A DNA stretch of 64,000 nucleotides from an uncultured delta proteobacterium. GTDB lineage: Bacteria; Myxococcota; Myxococcia; SLRQ01. Location of the stretch: the NCBI GenBank assembly GCA_963727485.1, contig CAVSGM010000011.1:480001-544000 (forward strand), in the 5' to 3' direction. How positions within the stretch are numbered: position 1 is the first letter of the stretch; every line of letters starts with the position of its first letter. Made by a program: the position numbers and the translations under genes. Shown here piece by piece: positions 38,582 to 53,562 of this stretch. A model generated the notes under the pieces. That model saw only the letters and a list, made by a program, of their open reading frames with translations, did not search any database and was not told where the DNA came from.

Positions 38582-39430
38582 ATGGGTCACACCGTGGGCA
38601 TCGTCGCCAAGCCGCGGCTGGAGGCCGTGGAGCTCGCGGTGGCGGTCGCCCGCTGGGCCGGCGAGCACCAGCACCGGGTCGTCGCCAATCCCCGGACCGC
38701 CGAGAGCCTCGCCGAGGTCGCCGCCGTGGGCCCCGCCGCCCTCAAGGAGGCGGACCTGGTGGTGGTCATCGGCGGCGACGGCACCCTCATCCACGCCGCC
38801 ACCATGCTCGAGGGCCGGAAGGTCCCCATCTTCGGGATCAACGTCGGCACCCTGGGCTTCCTCACGGAGATCACCCGGGCCGCGGACATCTACGGCCTCC
38901 TCGAGGACACCCTCGCCGGCCACGCGGCGGTGGAGGAGCGGATGCTCCTGCGGGTCGAGGCCCGGCGCTCCGGGCGCAGCTACTTCCACGGGCTGGTCCT
39001 CAACGACGCGGTGGTCAACAAGGCGGCCCTGGCGCGCATCGCCGAGCTCGCCTGCTACATCGACGGCCGCGAGGCCACCCGCTACCGGGCCGACGGCCTC
39101 ATCGTCGCCACCCCCACCGGGTCCACCGCCTACAACCTCGCCGCCGGGGGGCCGATCCTCTACCCGACCCTCCGCAGCCTGCTCCTCTCGCCGATCTGCC
39201 CCCACACCCTGACCCAGCGGCCCCTGGTCCTGCCGGCGTCGGCGGAGGTGCGGCTGGTGCTGGTCTCGGACAATGGGGAGATGTTCCTCACCCTCGACGG
39301 CCAGCGGGGGACCGACCTCAAGACCGGCGACGAGATCGTGGTCCGGCAGAGCCGGCGGCGGGTGTACCTGGTCCGGAGCCCGGAGGTCGACTTCTTCTCG
39401 ATCCTCCGCCAGAAGCTCCACTGGGGCTGA
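38582..39430 (+). CDS. nadK: NAD kinase
   Basis: GGDGT, GTLGFL, LND, DGLIVATPTGSTAYNLAAGGP. Confidence 0.95.
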   Translation: MGHTVGIVAKPRLEAVELAVAVARWAGEHQHRVVANPRTAESLAEVAAVGPAALKEADLVVVIGGDGTLIHAATMLEGRKVPIFGINVGTLGFLTEITRAADIYGLLEDTLAGHAAVEERMLLRVEARRSGRSYFHGLVLNDAVVNKAALARIAELACYIDGREATRYRADGLIVATPTGSTAYNLAAGGPILYPTLRSLLLSPICPHTLTQRPLVLPASAEVRLVLVSDNGEMFLTLDGQRGTDLKTGDEIVVRQSRRRVYLVRSPEVDFFSILRQKLHWG

Positions 39431-39528
39431 CCCGGGGCAGGGGGCCGGGGCGAGTGGCGCCTGTCAGGGGGGTCTGCTATACATCCGGTCAGCATCGGAA
39501 CGGGTGTTCAGCCCCTCAGGGAGGTCCC

Positions 39529-41247
39529 ATGCTTCAGGAGCTTCGTGTCGAGCAGCTCGCCATCGTCGACCGGCTGGCGGTCACCTTCGGCCCCGGTCTC
39601 AACGTCCTCACCGGGGAGACCGGCGCCGGGAAGTCGCTGTTGGTCGACGCCCTGGCCCTGGCCCTCGGGGGCCGCGCCAGCGCCGACCAGGTCCGCGCCG
39701 GGGCCAAGGAGGGGGTGGTCGAGGCCCTCTTCGCCCCGGAGAAGCCCGGCGCCCGGGCCGCCCTCGACGCCGCCCTGGCCGACAAGGGCCTGCCCTCGGG
39801 GGAGGGGGTGCTCCTGGTCAAGCGGGTGGTGAGCGCCGCCGGGCGGCACCGGGTCTACGTCAACGGGGGGCTCGCCACCGTGGGGCTCCTCGCCGAGGTC
39901 GCCGGCGAGCTGGTCGACATCTGCGGACAGCACGAGCAGATGGTCCTCCTGCGCCCCGGCGCCCACCGGGAGCTCCTCGACGCCTTCGCCTCGGCGCCGG
40001 AGGTCCTCGGGGGCTACCAGCGCGCCTGGGAGGCCCTGGCCGAGGCCGAGGCGGAGCTCGCCCGCCTCGACACCGACGAGGCCGCCCGGGCCGATCGCGA
40101 GGCCTTCCTCCGGTTCCAGCTCCAGGAGATCGCCCAGCTCGCCCCCGAGGCCGGGGAGCTCGCGGCCCTGGAGGCCGAGCGGGGGCGCCTGCGCCACGCC
40201 GAGCGCCTCCGGGAGGCCGCGGGCCTGGCCGACGAGGCCCTCTACACCGGGGAGGGCGCGGTGGTCGACGTCCTCGGGCGCACCTGCCACCGCCTCCGGG
40301 AGGCCGCCGAGCTCGATCCGTCGCTTGCGCCCCTGGTCGAGGGCCTCGAGGGGGCCCTGGCGGTGGTCGAGGACCACGGCCGGGAGGTCGCCCGCTACGC
40401 CGAGCACCTCGAGGCCGACCCCGGGCGCCTGGAGGTGGTCGAGTCCCGGGTCGCCGGGCTCACCCGCCTCTGCCGCCGCCACGGGGGCGACCTCGACGCC
40501 GTCCTCGCCGCCGCCGAGGCCCTCGGCGCCGAGCTCGACGACCTCGGCGCCCACGACGATCGCCTGGCCGGGGCCCAGGACGCCGTGCGCCGGGCCCGGG
40601 CCGCCGCCGAGACCGCGGCCGCCGCCCTCACCCGGGTCCGGAAGACCGCGGCCGGGGCCCTGGGGAAGGCCGTCGCCGCCGAGCTCGCGGGCCTGGGGAT
40701 GAAGGCCACCCGCCTCGAGGTCACCGTCTCCCCCGCCGAGTCCCTCGGGCCCGCCGGGGCCGACCAGGTCGCCCTGCGCATCGCCGCCGGCCCCGGGGAG
40801 CCGCTGCGGCCCCTGGCGAAGATCGCGTCCGGGGGCGAGCTCTCCCGGATCCTCCTGGCCCTGCGCCGGGTGCTGGCCGCCGGCGACCCGGTCCCCACCG
40901 TGGTCTTCGACGAGGTCGACGCCGGGATCGGCGGCGCCACCGCCGAGGTGGTGGGCCGGCTCCTCAAGGGCGTCGCCGCCGATCGGCAGGTCCTGTGCAT
41001 CACCCACCTGCCCCAGGTCGCCGCCTACGCCGATCGCCACCTGGCGGTCGCCAAGGACGTCGACGGCGGCCGGGCCCGGGTCCGGGTCGAGGCCCTCGAC
41101 GCCGCCGGGCGCACCGGGGAGGTGGCCCGGATGCTCGGCGGGGTCACCGTCACCGAGCGCACCCGGGAGACCGCCGCCGAGCTCATCGACCGCGCCGGGC
41201 ACCACCGGCCCCGGCCCCCGGGGAAGCGCCGGCGCCGGGCCGCCTGA
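39529..41247 (+). CDS. recN: DNA repair protein RecN
   Basis: LTGETGAGKS, IASGGELSR, FDEVDAGIGG, ITHLPQVAA. Confidence 0.95.
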   Translation: MLQELRVEQLAIVDRLAVTFGPGLNVLTGETGAGKSLLVDALALALGGRASADQVRAGAKEGVVEALFAPEKPGARAALDAALADKGLPSGEGVLLVKRVVSAAGRHRVYVNGGLATVGLLAEVAGELVDICGQHEQMVLLRPGAHRELLDAFASAPEVLGGYQRAWEALAEAEAELARLDTDEAARADREAFLRFQLQEIAQLAPEAGELAALEAERGRLRHAERLREAAGLADEALYTGEGAVVDVLGRTCHRLREAAELDPSLAPLVEGLEGALAVVEDHGREVARYAEHLEADPGRLEVVESRVAGLTRLCRRHGGDLDAVLAAAEALGAELDDLGAHDDRLAGAQDAVRRARAAAETAAAALTRVRKTAAGALGKAVAAELAGLGMKATRLEVTVSPAESLGPAGADQVALRIAAGPGEPLRPLAKIASGGELSRILLALRRVLAAGDPVPTVVFDEVDAGIGGATAEVVGRLLKGVAADRQVLCITHLPQVAAYADRHLAVAKDVDGGRARVRVEALDAAGRTGEVARMLGGVTVTERTRETAAELIDRAGHHRPRPPGKRRRRAA

Positions 41248-41315
41248 GGGCCCGGCGAAATCGGACCGCACGGTCGCGTTGACCCTCCGTCCTGGGCGAG
41301 GGTAGGCTCTGACGG

Positions 41316-42110
41316 ATGCGTCTGACCACCCTCGGGCTGAGCGACGTCGGCCAGAAGCGCAGTCACAACGAGGACTCCTACCTCATCAATGACGCGCTGC
41401 ACCTTTTCGTCGTCGCCGACGGGATGGGCGGGCACGCCGGTGGGGGGACGGCCTCGCGTATCGCCGTGGAGACCATCGAGAAGAGCCTGCTCACGGCCAA
41501 GGAGACTGGCGCCGATCCCTTCCAGGGTGGTCAGGCCCTCGAGCGCTCCCCGATCCCCGAGCACTTCCGGGAGGCGGTGGAGGCGGCCTGCTACAGCATC
41601 TTCCACACCGCCCGCCGGGAGCCCCAGCTCGCCGGGATGGGCACCACCGTCACCGCCCTGCTCCTCGCCGAGAGCACCCGGGAGGGGACGGTCGACGCCT
41701 TCCTCGCCCACGTGGGCGACTCGCGCATGTACCTCATCCGCGGCCAGATCCTCCAGCAGATCTCCGAGGACCACTCCCTGGTCAACGAGCAGATCAAGGC
41801 CGGGGTCCTCACCGCCGACGAGGCCCGGCACAGCCGGTTCAAGAACATCATCACCCGGTCGGTGGGCTTCGAGGAGGACGTCCTGGTCGACGTCATGGGC
41901 CTCTCCGCCGAGCCCGGGGACGTGTTCATCATGTGCTCCGACGGCCTCTCCAACCTGGTCGAGGACCGGGAGTTCCTGGAGCTGGCCCACCGTTTCCAGG
42001 GGGAAGAAATCAAGGGTCTTCCCCAGGCCCTCATCAATCTCGCCAACGAGCGCGGGGGCGACGACAACATCACCGTGGTCATCGTCCGGGTCGACGGGTC
42101 CACCCAATGA
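41316..42110 (+). CDS. PP2C-family Ser/Thr phosphatase
   Basis: RSHNED, VADGMGGH, MGTT, HVGDSR, CSDGL, GGDDNIT. Confidence 0.93.
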   Translation: MRLTTLGLSDVGQKRSHNEDSYLINDALHLFVVADGMGGHAGGGTASRIAVETIEKSLLTAKETGADPFQGGQALERSPIPEHFREAVEAACYSIFHTARREPQLAGMGTTVTALLLAESTREGTVDAFLAHVGDSRMYLIRGQILQQISEDHSLVNEQIKAGVLTADEARHSRFKNIITRSVGFEEDVLVDVMGLSAEPGDVFIMCSDGLSNLVEDREFLELAHRFQGEEIKGLPQALINLANERGGDDNITVVIVRVDGSTQ

Positions 42111-42212
42111 GGGACGCTGCGGCCGGAGGTTCCAAGGCCGCGTTCAGGTTGACAATCCGGCCAGGGGTGATACCCCCCGGGGCCCACCTCCGACGAACGG
42201 GAGCAGCGGCGG

Positions 42213-43261
42213 TTGCCTAGGAACAGCTCGTACACCGTGATGGTCGTCCCCGACCGCACCGCAGCGGTGCGTCGGTACCGCGTGCCCAAGCGCCTGATCC
42301 AGGTGGTGCTCGGCGTGGCGGCCAGTATCCTGCTGGTGGCAGGCGGCGCCACCGTCCACTACTTCGCCATCCTCTCGGATGCGTCGGAGGCGCGGGCGCT
42401 GCGCGACGAGAACCTCCAGCTGCGCAGCGAGCTGCGCCTGGTCCAGGACAAGATGACCCGGGTCTCGGGCTCCCTGGAGCGGGTGGAGCGCCTCGACGCC
42501 AAGCTGCGGATGATGACCCGGCTCAACGACCCGCAGCGAAACCTCGCCATCGGGCCGCTGGGCCCCGACGACCGCCAGCTCTCGAGCCCCACGCCGCCGG
42601 TGGCGGCGCCCGCCGCGGCCACCTCCGCCGACGCCGACTCGGGGATCGACCTCCCGGAGCTCGGGGACAGCCCGGCGAAGACCACCGACGCCCAGCTCGA
42701 GCTCCTCCACGCGCGCCTCGACAACCTGTCGGTCAAGGCCCACCGCGAGGAGACCAGCCTCCGGGAGCTGCGCGAGTACTTCCAGGACCAGAAGACCCTC
42801 CTCTCGGCCATGCCGTCCATCTGGCCCGCCCACGGGTGGGTCACCAGCGGCTTCGGCACCCGGGTGGATCCCTTCACCGGTGAGCGGTCGATGCACGAGG
42901 GCCTGGACATCGCCTCCCAGGAGGGCACCAAGGTCCACGCCCCCGCGGACGGCTCGGTGGTCTACGCCGGCCTCCACGGAGGCTACGGGAATGTCGTGGT
43001 CATCGACCACGGTTTCGGGGTGAACACCCGCTACGGGCACCTCTCGGAGATCTACGTGAAGGTGGGCCAGAAGGTGCACCGGGGCCAGATCATCGGCGCC
43101 ATCGGGAACACCGGCCGGTCCACCGGACCCCACCTCCACTACGAGGTGCGGGTCAACGGAATCCCCGTGGATCCCCGGAAGTTCATCCTGAACTCGAGGG
43201 TCTTCCCGGCCGGCGGCGCGTCCCTGCCGTCCCCGCGGGCACCCTCGCTCGGATATCGATC

Positions 43262-43280
<19 letters not shown>
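42213..43280 (+). CDS. M23-family peptidase with TM segment and coiled coil (3' end uncertain)
   Basis: [26 protein letters not shown]. Confidence 0.9.
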
Positions 43281-46045
<2,765 letters not shown>

Positions 46046-46062
46046 CCTCCCTTTCCGCCCGC

Positions 46063-47289
46063 ATGGATCTGACCGTTCGTGGCTTTCGCTTCGGGGGCGT
46101 CCACGCCGGGCTCAAGCGCTCGGGGAAGGCCGACCTCGGCCTCCTCGCCGCCGAGGACCCGCGCGGCGGCCCGGTGAAGGTCGCCGCCACCTTCACCGCC
46201 TCCAGGGCCGCCGCGGCGCCGGTCCTGCTCTCCCGGGAGCGGGCCGCCCGCGGGCGCTGCCGGGGCCTGGTGGTCAACAGCGGCAACGCCAACGCCTGCA
46301 CCGGCGCCCAGGGGATGAAGGACGCCCGGGCCATGACCCGGTCGGCGGCCGCGGCCCTGGGGGTGGACGACGACGAGGTCCTGGTGGCCTCCACCGGGGT
46401 CATCGGGGCGCCCCTGCCCCTGGACGTCATCGACGGCGCCCTCCCGGGCCTCGCCGGTCGCCTCGACCCCGGGGGCTTCGGCGACTTCGCCCGGGCCATC
46501 CTCACCACCGACAACGCCGAGAAGATCGCCGTGGCCGAGGGCCGGGTCGGGGGCCGGACGGTGAGGGTGGTCGGCGCCGCCAAGGGCGCCGGGATGATCA
46601 TGCCCGACATGACCCTGGCGGTGCGCTCGGGCCCTGGCCACGCCACCATGCTCGCCTTCGTCTGCACCGACGCCGCGGTGGGCCTCCCGGTGCTCCGGCG
46701 GCTCACCCGCCGGGCGGTGGATCAGAGCTTCAACGCCATCACCGTCGACGGGGACACCTCCACCAACGACTCGGTCTTCGTCCTGGCCTCGGGCCACGCC
46801 GGGGGGGCGGCGGTGGCCGGGGGCCGGCCCGCGGCGGCCCTCGAGGGCCTGCTCACCGAGGTGATGACCGACCTCGCCCGGGCCATCGTCTCCGACGGTG
46901 AGGGGGCCACCCACCTGGTGGAGATCGTCGTCGAGGGCGCCCGCACCGAGGCCGAGGCCGATCGGGTGGGGCGCCGGGTGGCCAACAGCCCCCTGGTGAA
47001 GACCGCGATCCACGGCCAGGACCCCAACTGGGGGCGGATCGTCGCCGCGGCGGCCTCGGCGGGGGTGCCCCTGGACCCCGAGGCCCTGGACCTGTTCATC
47101 GGCGAGGTCCCGGTCTATCGCCGGGGCCGGTGGCAGGGGCCCGGGGCCGAGGCGGCGGCCCACGCGGTCATGGGGCGCCGGGAGTACCCGGTGCGCCTCA
47201 GGCTCCGCCGGGGGAAGGCCACCCGGCGGCTCTGGGCCTGCGATCTCTCGGCGGACTACGTCCGGATCAACGCCGACTACCGGAGCTGA
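46063..47289 (+). CDS. argJ: ornithine acetyltransferase / N-acetylglutamate synthase
   Basis: [54 protein letters not shown]. Confidence 0.95.
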   Translation: MDLTVRGFRFGGVHAGLKRSGKADLGLLAAEDPRGGPVKVAATFTASRAAAAPVLLSRERAARGRCRGLVVNSGNANACTGAQGMKDARAMTRSAAAALGVDDDEVLVASTGVIGAPLPLDVIDGALPGLAGRLDPGGFGDFARAILTTDNAEKIAVAEGRVGGRTVRVVGAAKGAGMIMPDMTLAVRSGPGHATMLAFVCTDAAVGLPVLRRLTRRAVDQSFNAITVDGDTSTNDSVFVLASGHAGGAAVAGGRPAAALEGLLTEVMTDLARAIVSDGEGATHLVEIVVEGARTEAEADRVGRRVANSPLVKTAIHGQDPNWGRIVAAAASAGVPLDPEALDLFIGEVPVYRRGRWQGPGAEAAAHAVMGRREYPVRLRLRRGKATRRLWACDLSADYVRINADYRS

Positions 47290-47293
47290 CGGC

Positions 47294-47794
47294 CTAGAAC
47301 CGCAGGGCCAGCTTCAGGCCGCCGACCGCGGGCACCAGCGCGGCGGCGACCGGCGCCCTCGGCGGGGTGAGCCAGAGGACCGTCCCGGTGACCAGGGCCA
47401 CCGCCGCCAGGCCCCCGAAGACCACCGAGGCGATCTCCCAGCCCCGCTTCATCCCCGGGTCCTGCTGGGAGAGGCCGATGCCCAGGGTGGCCACGGCCAG
47501 CCCGGTGAAGGCCCCGGCGGCGCCGAAGGCCCCCTCCATGGCCGCGGCGTGGCGGGCCCGGGCGAGCTCGCCGGGGGAGGGCTGGCTCCAGGCGGACTGG
47601 CCGGCGTCGTCGCCGCCGTCGTCCGAGGGGGCCGGCGGGAGGTCGATGCCCCCCTGGCTGCCCGCGTCCCCCTTGGGGGGCGGGGGCAGGTCGATGGGCT
47701 GGCGGTCCGGGGGGACGTTGTCCCCGGCGTGGGCCACCGCGGGGGCCAGAACCAGGGTGGCCGCGACCAGGACCGTGCCCAACTTGTGCACCAT
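47294..47794 (-). CDS. hypothetical exported/membrane protein
   Basis: Signal peptide (AVAHA), IDLPP repeats, two hydrophobic segments, C-terminal LALRF. Confidence 0.65.
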   Translation of the reverse strand: MVHKLGTVLVAATLVLAPAVAHAGDNVPPDRQPIDLPPPPKGDAGSQGGIDLPPAPSDDGGDDAGQSAWSQPSPGELARARHAAAMEGAFGAAGAFTGLAVATLGIGLSQQDPGMKRGWEIASVVFGGLAAVALVTGTVLWLTPPRAPVAAALVPAVGGLKLALRF

Positions 47795-47869
47795 GGGCGA
47801 CGGGTATACCGTGCGCCTCCCCCGGGTCAAGCGGCGTGGCGGTTGCGGGTTGCTGACCTGGGGTGGGGG

Positions 47870-47878
47870 TGGTATAGA
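47870..47878 (+). promoter_or_regulatory. extended -10 promoter of rpsB
   Basis: TGgTATAGA upstream of the rpsB leader. Confidence 0.45.
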
Positions 47879-47907
47879 CGCCGGTCTTTCCCGATCCCCC
47901 CAAAAAT

Positions 47908-48013
47908 ACTCACATCGCCCGACCGGGGTCGGGGTGCCAAAGGCTGGAGATCCTCCACGGATCCCAAACCGATGGTCCGCTCCCGGGATGACGGCGATGG
48001 CGGAAACAACCCA
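47908..48013 (+). ncRNA. rpsB 5' leader (t44/S2 autoregulatory element)
   Basis: ACTCAC...GGGGTGC...TGGCGGAAACAACCC pattern directly upstream of rpsB; boundaries approximate. Confidence 0.6.
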
Positions 48014-48034
48014 CCAGATAGAAGGTACACAGTC

Positions 48035-49018
<984 letters not shown>

Positions 49019-49070
49019 CGGCTGCTCTCGACTTTCGCATCCGCTTCGTACCAGAAGGACTTCAAGACCG

Positions 49071-49727
49071 ATGGCCCAGATCACCGCACAGCTCGTCAAG
49101 CAGCTCCGTGAACAGACCGGCGCCGGGATGATGGACTGCAAGAAGGCCCTCACCGAGACCGATGGCGACGTCGAGAAGGCGTCCGACTGGCTCCGGGAGA
49201 AGGGCATCGCCTCCGCCTCCAAGAAGGCCGGGCGCGCCGCCACCGAGGGCGTGGTCCACAGCTACATCCACGCCGGTGGCAAGATCGGCGTCCTGGTCGA
49301 GATCAACTGCGAGACCGACTTCGCCGCCAAGAACGAGCAGTTCCAGGCCCTGGTGAAGGACGTGGCGATGCACATCGCCGCCTCCGCCCCCCTGGCGGTG
49401 CGCCGCGAGGAGATTCCCGCGGACATCGTGGCCAAGGAGCGGGAGATCTACAAGGCCCAGGCCCGGGAGTCGGGCAAGCCCGAGAAGATCCTCGACAAGA
49501 TCGTCGAGGGCAAGGTCGACAAGTTCTTCAAGGACAGCTGCCTCCTCGAGCAGCCCTTCGTGAAGGACACCGACAAGAGCGTGGAGCAGGTGGTCAAGGA
49601 GGCGATCGCCGTCATCGGCGAGAACATCTCCGTGCGCCGATTCACCCGCTACGTCCTCGGCGAGGGCCTCGAGAAGAAGGAAGAGGATTTCGCGGCCGAG
49701 GTCGCCAAGGCCGCCGCCGGGGGCTGA
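49071..49727 (+). CDS. tsf: elongation factor Ts (short form)
   Basis: [24 protein letters not shown]. Confidence 0.97.
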   Translation: MAQITAQLVKQLREQTGAGMMDCKKALTETDGDVEKASDWLREKGIASASKKAGRAATEGVVHSYIHAGGKIGVLVEINCETDFAAKNEQFQALVKDVAMHIAASAPLAVRREEIPADIVAKEREIYKAQARESGKPEKILDKIVEGKVDKFFKDSCLLEQPFVKDTDKSVEQVVKEAIAVIGENISVRRFTRYVLGEGLEKKEEDFAAEVAKAAAGG

Positions 49728-49779
49728 TCCGGGGCCGGGCTGCTTGACCCACCCCGGGGGCGGTTGTAGATCGCCCACC

Positions 49780-50544
49780 ATGCCACCGGGTCCCCGCTTC
49801 CAGCGCATCCTCCTCAAGCTGTCCGGCGAGGCCCTCATGGGCCCCGGCAAGGGCGGCATCGACACCGCGACCCTGCAGCAGATCAGCCGGGAGGTGCGAG
49901 ACATCGCAGCTCTCGGCGTCCAGGTGGGGATCGTCATCGGCGGTGGGAACATCTTCCGGGGCATCGCCGGGAGCACCGCCGGGATGGACCGGGCGAATGC
50001 CGACTACATGGGCATGCTCGCCACGGTCATCAACGCCCTGGCCCTCCAGGACGCCCTGGAGAAGCTCAGCGTGTTCACCCGGGTCCAGACCGCCATCGAG
50101 ATGAAGGAGCTCGCCGAGCCCTACATCCGCCGGCGCGCCATCCGCCATCTGGAGAAGGGGCGGGTGGTGATCCTCGCCGCGGGCACCGGCAACCCCTACT
50201 TCACCACCGACACCGCCGCGGCGCTCCGGGCCATGGAGCTCCACGCCGAGGTGATCCTCAAGGCGACCAAGGTCGACGGCATCTACACCGCCGACCCGAT
50301 GCTCGACCCCACCGCCACCCGGTTCAAGACCCTGACCTACATGGACGTGCTCCGCCGCGATCTCAAGGTCATGGACTCCACGGCCATCAGCCTCTGCAAG
50401 GACAACAAGCTGCCCATCGTGGTCTTCAACCTGGGGGAGCCGGGGAACGTGAAGCGGGTGGTCTGCGGCGAGGACGTGGGCACGGTGGTCGGTGACCTCC
50501 CGGCCCCCTCCGGGGACGAAGCCGGGGACACGGCCTCGGCCTAG
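49780..50544 (+). CDS. pyrH: UMP kinase
   Basis: [33 protein letters not shown]. Confidence 0.97.
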   Translation: MPPGPRFQRILLKLSGEALMGPGKGGIDTATLQQISREVRDIAALGVQVGIVIGGGNIFRGIAGSTAGMDRANADYMGMLATVINALALQDALEKLSVFTRVQTAIEMKELAEPYIRRRAIRHLEKGRVVILAAGTGNPYFTTDTAAALRAMELHAEVILKATKVDGIYTADPMLDPTATRFKTLTYMDVLRRDLKVMDSTAISLCKDNKLPIVVFNLGEPGNVKRVVCGEDVGTVVGDLPAPSGDEAGDTASA

Positions 50545-50590
50545 GGTCGGGGACAGGGCGAGGGCGGACGGACACATCCAAGGAGGGGCC

Positions 50591-51148
50591 ATGATCGACG
50601 ACGTTCTCGGGGAGCTGAAGAGCCGCATCGACGAAACCTGCGACGCCCTGCGGCGGGAGCTGGGGCGCCTGCGGACCGGCCGGGCCAGCCTCTCGATCCT
50701 CGAGGGGATCCGCGTCGACTACTACGGCCAGGCGACGCCCCTCAACGGCGTGGCGGCCCTCTCGGTGCCCGAGCCGCGGACCATCGCCATCAAGCCCTGG
50801 GACAAGGCGATGCTCCAGCCCATCGAGAAGTCCATCATCGAGGCGAACCTGGGCATCAACCCCATGAGCGACGGTGAGTTCATCCGCCTGCCCATCCCCC
50901 CGCTCACCGAGGAGCGGCGCAAGGAGATGGTCAAGCAGGTCAAGCACAAGGGCGAGGAGCACAAGGTCACCATCCGCAACGCCCGGCGCGACGCCAAGGA
51001 CCTCCTCGAGGAGGCCACCAAGGAGGGCGAGATCTCCGAGGATGAGCTCAAGCGGGCGCTGGAGAAGCTCCAGCAGCTCACCGACGGGGGCGTGAAGCAC
51101 GTCGAGGAGATCGTCGCCAAGAAGGACGAGGAGCTGATGGAGGTCTGA
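50591..51148 (+). CDS. frr: ribosome recycling factor
   Basis: LRTGRAS, PPLTEERRKE, IRNARRDA; AGGAGG RBS. Confidence 0.97.
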   Translation: MIDDVLGELKSRIDETCDALRRELGRLRTGRASLSILEGIRVDYYGQATPLNGVAALSVPEPRTIAIKPWDKAMLQPIEKSIIEANLGINPMSDGEFIRLPIPPLTEERRKEMVKQVKHKGEEHKVTIRNARRDAKDLLEEATKEGEISEDELKRALEKLQQLTDGGVKHVEEIVAKKDEELMEV

Positions 51149-51173
51149 GGGCCGGCGCCCTCGCGCGCGGGCC

Positions 51174-52850
51174 TCAGCGCTTCGGGCGCCAGGGGTGGTA
51201 GCCCTGGGCGAGCGGCATCCGCCAGCTCTCCCCGAACATCCTCGGGCTCACCTTGAGGCCCGGGGCCGCCTGCCGCCGCTTGTACTCGGCGCGGACCAGC
51301 AGGCGCAGGACCTCGTCGACCACCGCCCGGTCGATGCCCCGCTCGGCGATGCGCTCGGCGGGGAGGCGCTCCTCGACGTAGGCGGCGACCACCTCGTCGA
51401 GGAGGGCGTAGGCGGGCAGGCTCTCCTCGTCGGTCTGGTCCGCCCGGAGCTCGGCGCTCGGGGCCTTGTCGAAGATGCGCCGGGGGATGACCTCGGACCC
51501 GCGCCGGGCGTTGAACCGCGCCGCCACCCGGTAGACCCGGGTCTTGAGGACGTCGGCCAGGGGCGCCAGCCCTCCGCACATGTCCCCGTAGAGGGTGGCG
51601 TAGCCCACGGCGAGCTCGCTCTTGTTCCCGGTGGCCAGCAGCAGGTGGCCCAGCTTGTTGGACAGGGCCATGAGATAGAGGCCGCGGATGCGCGCCTGGA
51701 GGTTCTCCTCGGTGAGGTCCGGGGCCCGACCCTCGAAGGCGGGCTGGAGGGCCTCGAGGATGGCCTCGAAGGGGCCCTCGATGGGGATCTCCCGGGTGGC
51801 GATGCCCAGGTTCGCCGCCAGGGCCAGGGCGTCCTCGGTGGAGGCGTCGGAGGTGAAGCGCGAGGGCATCAGCACCCCGAGGACGTTCTCGGGCCCCAGG
51901 GCCTCGGCGGCGAGGCAGGCCACCAGGGCCGAGTCCATGCCCCCGGAGAGGCCGAGGACGGCCCGGGAGAAGCCGGTCTTGTGGAAGTAGCCGGCGAGCC
52001 CGGTCACCAGGGCGTCGAGGACCTCGTCGCCCTCGGCCTCCTCGCCCTCGGGGAGCGGGGGCACCGTCCCCCGGGCGTCGCCGGTGTCGAAGACCTTCAG
52101 GTCCTCGGCGAAGGCGGCGCAGCGGACCACGGCCTGGCCGTCGGCGGCGAAGGCCTCGCTGTTCCCGTCGAACACCAGGCTGTCGTTGCCCCCCACCAGG
52201 TTCACCGCGACCACCTGCACCCCGTGATGGGAGGCGGTGGCGGCGAGCATCCGCGAGCGCAGGGCCGGCTTGCCCACGTGGAACGGCGAGGCGGCGACGT
52301 TGACGATGACGTCGGCCCCGGCGGCCACCAGCTCGGCGATGGGGTCGCGCTCGTAGCGGCGGACCTCCCAGAACCGGGCGTCGTTCCAGATGTCCTCGCA
52401 GATGGACAGGCCGAGGGTGACGCCCCGGAAGGGCACCACCGTCACCGACTCGCCGGGCTCGAAGTACCGGCGCTCGTCGAAGACGTCGTAGTAGGGCAGG
52501 AGGATCTTCCGGGCGGTGGCGGTGATCCGTCCGTCGTCGATGAGGGCGCAGGCGTTGTGGAGGTGCGGGCCGGGGCCCTCGCGGACGACCTCCGGGAAGC
52601 CCACCACCACCCCGATCCCCGCGTTCCACTCGGCGGGAGTGGCGAGCTGCCCGAGGGTCTCCCGGGCGGCGGCGATGAACGCCGGGTCGTCGAGGTGATC
52701 CTTGGCGGAGTAGCCGCAGAGGGTGAGCTCGGGGAAGACCACCAGCTCGGCGCCCGCTTCCCGGGCCTCCACCGTGCGCCGGCGCACCCGCTCGGCGTTG
52801 CCGGCGAAGTCGCCGACGGTGGTGTCGATCTGAGCGAGGGCGATCTTCAC
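51174..52850 (-). CDS. nadE: glutamine-dependent NAD+ synthetase
   Basis: Nitrilase domain (FPEL, K, ICED) plus LSGGMDS, ENLQARIR, TGNKSE.AVGYATLYGD, PSAELR. Confidence 0.95.
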   Translation of the reverse strand: MKIALAQIDTTVGDFAGNAERVRRRTVEAREAGAELVVFPELTLCGYSAKDHLDDPAFIAAARETLGQLATPAEWNAGIGVVVGFPEVVREGPGPHLHNACALIDDGRITATARKILLPYYDVFDERRYFEPGESVTVVPFRGVTLGLSICEDIWNDARFWEVRRYERDPIAELVAAGADVIVNVAASPFHVGKPALRSRMLAATASHHGVQVVAVNLVGGNDSLVFDGNSEAFAADGQAVVRCAAFAEDLKVFDTGDARGTVPPLPEGEEAEGDEVLDALVTGLAGYFHKTGFSRAVLGLSGGMDSALVACLAAEALGPENVLGVLMPSRFTSDASTEDALALAANLGIATREIPIEGPFEAILEALQPAFEGRAPDLTEENLQARIRGLYLMALSNKLGHLLLATGNKSELAVGYATLYGDMCGGLAPLADVLKTRVYRVAARFNARRGSEVIPRRIFDKAPSAELRADQTDEESLPAYALLDEVVAAYVEERLPAERIAERGIDRAVVDEVLRLLVRAEYKRRQAAPGLKVSPRMFGESWRMPLAQGYHPWRPKR

Positions 52851-53449
52851 GCGTAACGCTGGATCACCGCCTCCACGGGGAGGAAGTGACAGCCCATCCC
52901 GGCCATGGCGGCCAGGTGGAAGGCCGCGCGCTCGCCGTCGAGGTGGGCCAGGGCGTCGGAGACCACGATGGTGGTCTTGTTCCGGACCCGCAGACCCATG
53001 GCCAGCGAGCGGACGCCGATCTCTAGGGGGAGCCCGAAGATCACGTGCTCCTCGGCGTCGGCGGCGGCGATGACCTTGTCGCCGTTGACGTTGCCGAAGA
53101 TCCCGCGCCGGTGCTGGGGGCTGTGGACCACCAGCGGCTCGGCGGCGCTGACCTCGATCTGGGTCAGGGGATCGCCGGCGACGACCTGGTAGCTCGAGAC
53201 CTCGAGGGTCGGCGCCAGATCGTGCCCGGGGGTGCCGAGGACGCAGTGAGGCGGGAAGGCCTCGAACGCCGGATCGTCCTCGACGTGGGTGTCCTGGGTG
53301 AGGATGAGTGGGATCTCCCGCTCGGCGGCGTGGCGCTTGAGACGCAGCGCCGCCTGGAGGACACGCTCTGCCCCGGACACAGGCAGGGCGCCCTCAGCTT
53401 CAATGAAGTCCCGCTGGAGACCAACCCCGATGAACACGGCGCGCCGCAT
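52847..53449 (-). CDS. nicotinamidase/isochorismatase-family protein, catalytic residues degenerate
   Basis: QRDF..GAL.V.GA, QDTH, PPHCV.GT.G, VVSDA retained; stop overlaps the nadE GTG. Confidence 0.8.
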   Translation of the reverse strand: MRRAVFIGVGLQRDFIEAEGALPVSGAERVLQAALRLKRHAAEREIPLILTQDTHVEDDPAFEAFPPHCVLGTPGHDLAPTLEVSSYQVVAGDPLTQIEVSAAEPLVVHSPQHRRGIFGNVNGDKVIAAADAEEHVIFGLPLEIGVRSLAMGLRVRNKTTIVVSDALAHLDGERAAFHLAAMAGMGCHFLPVEAVIQRYA

Positions 53450-53562
53450 GGGGGGCGGACGATAGCCACCTAGGCCCCCGGGGTCAATGGATTCGACACG
53501 GTCTTTTCGGGGTGCATCCAGCCCTTCGACCGCCCCCGATCCCGGTGTATGATCGCCGTTCG

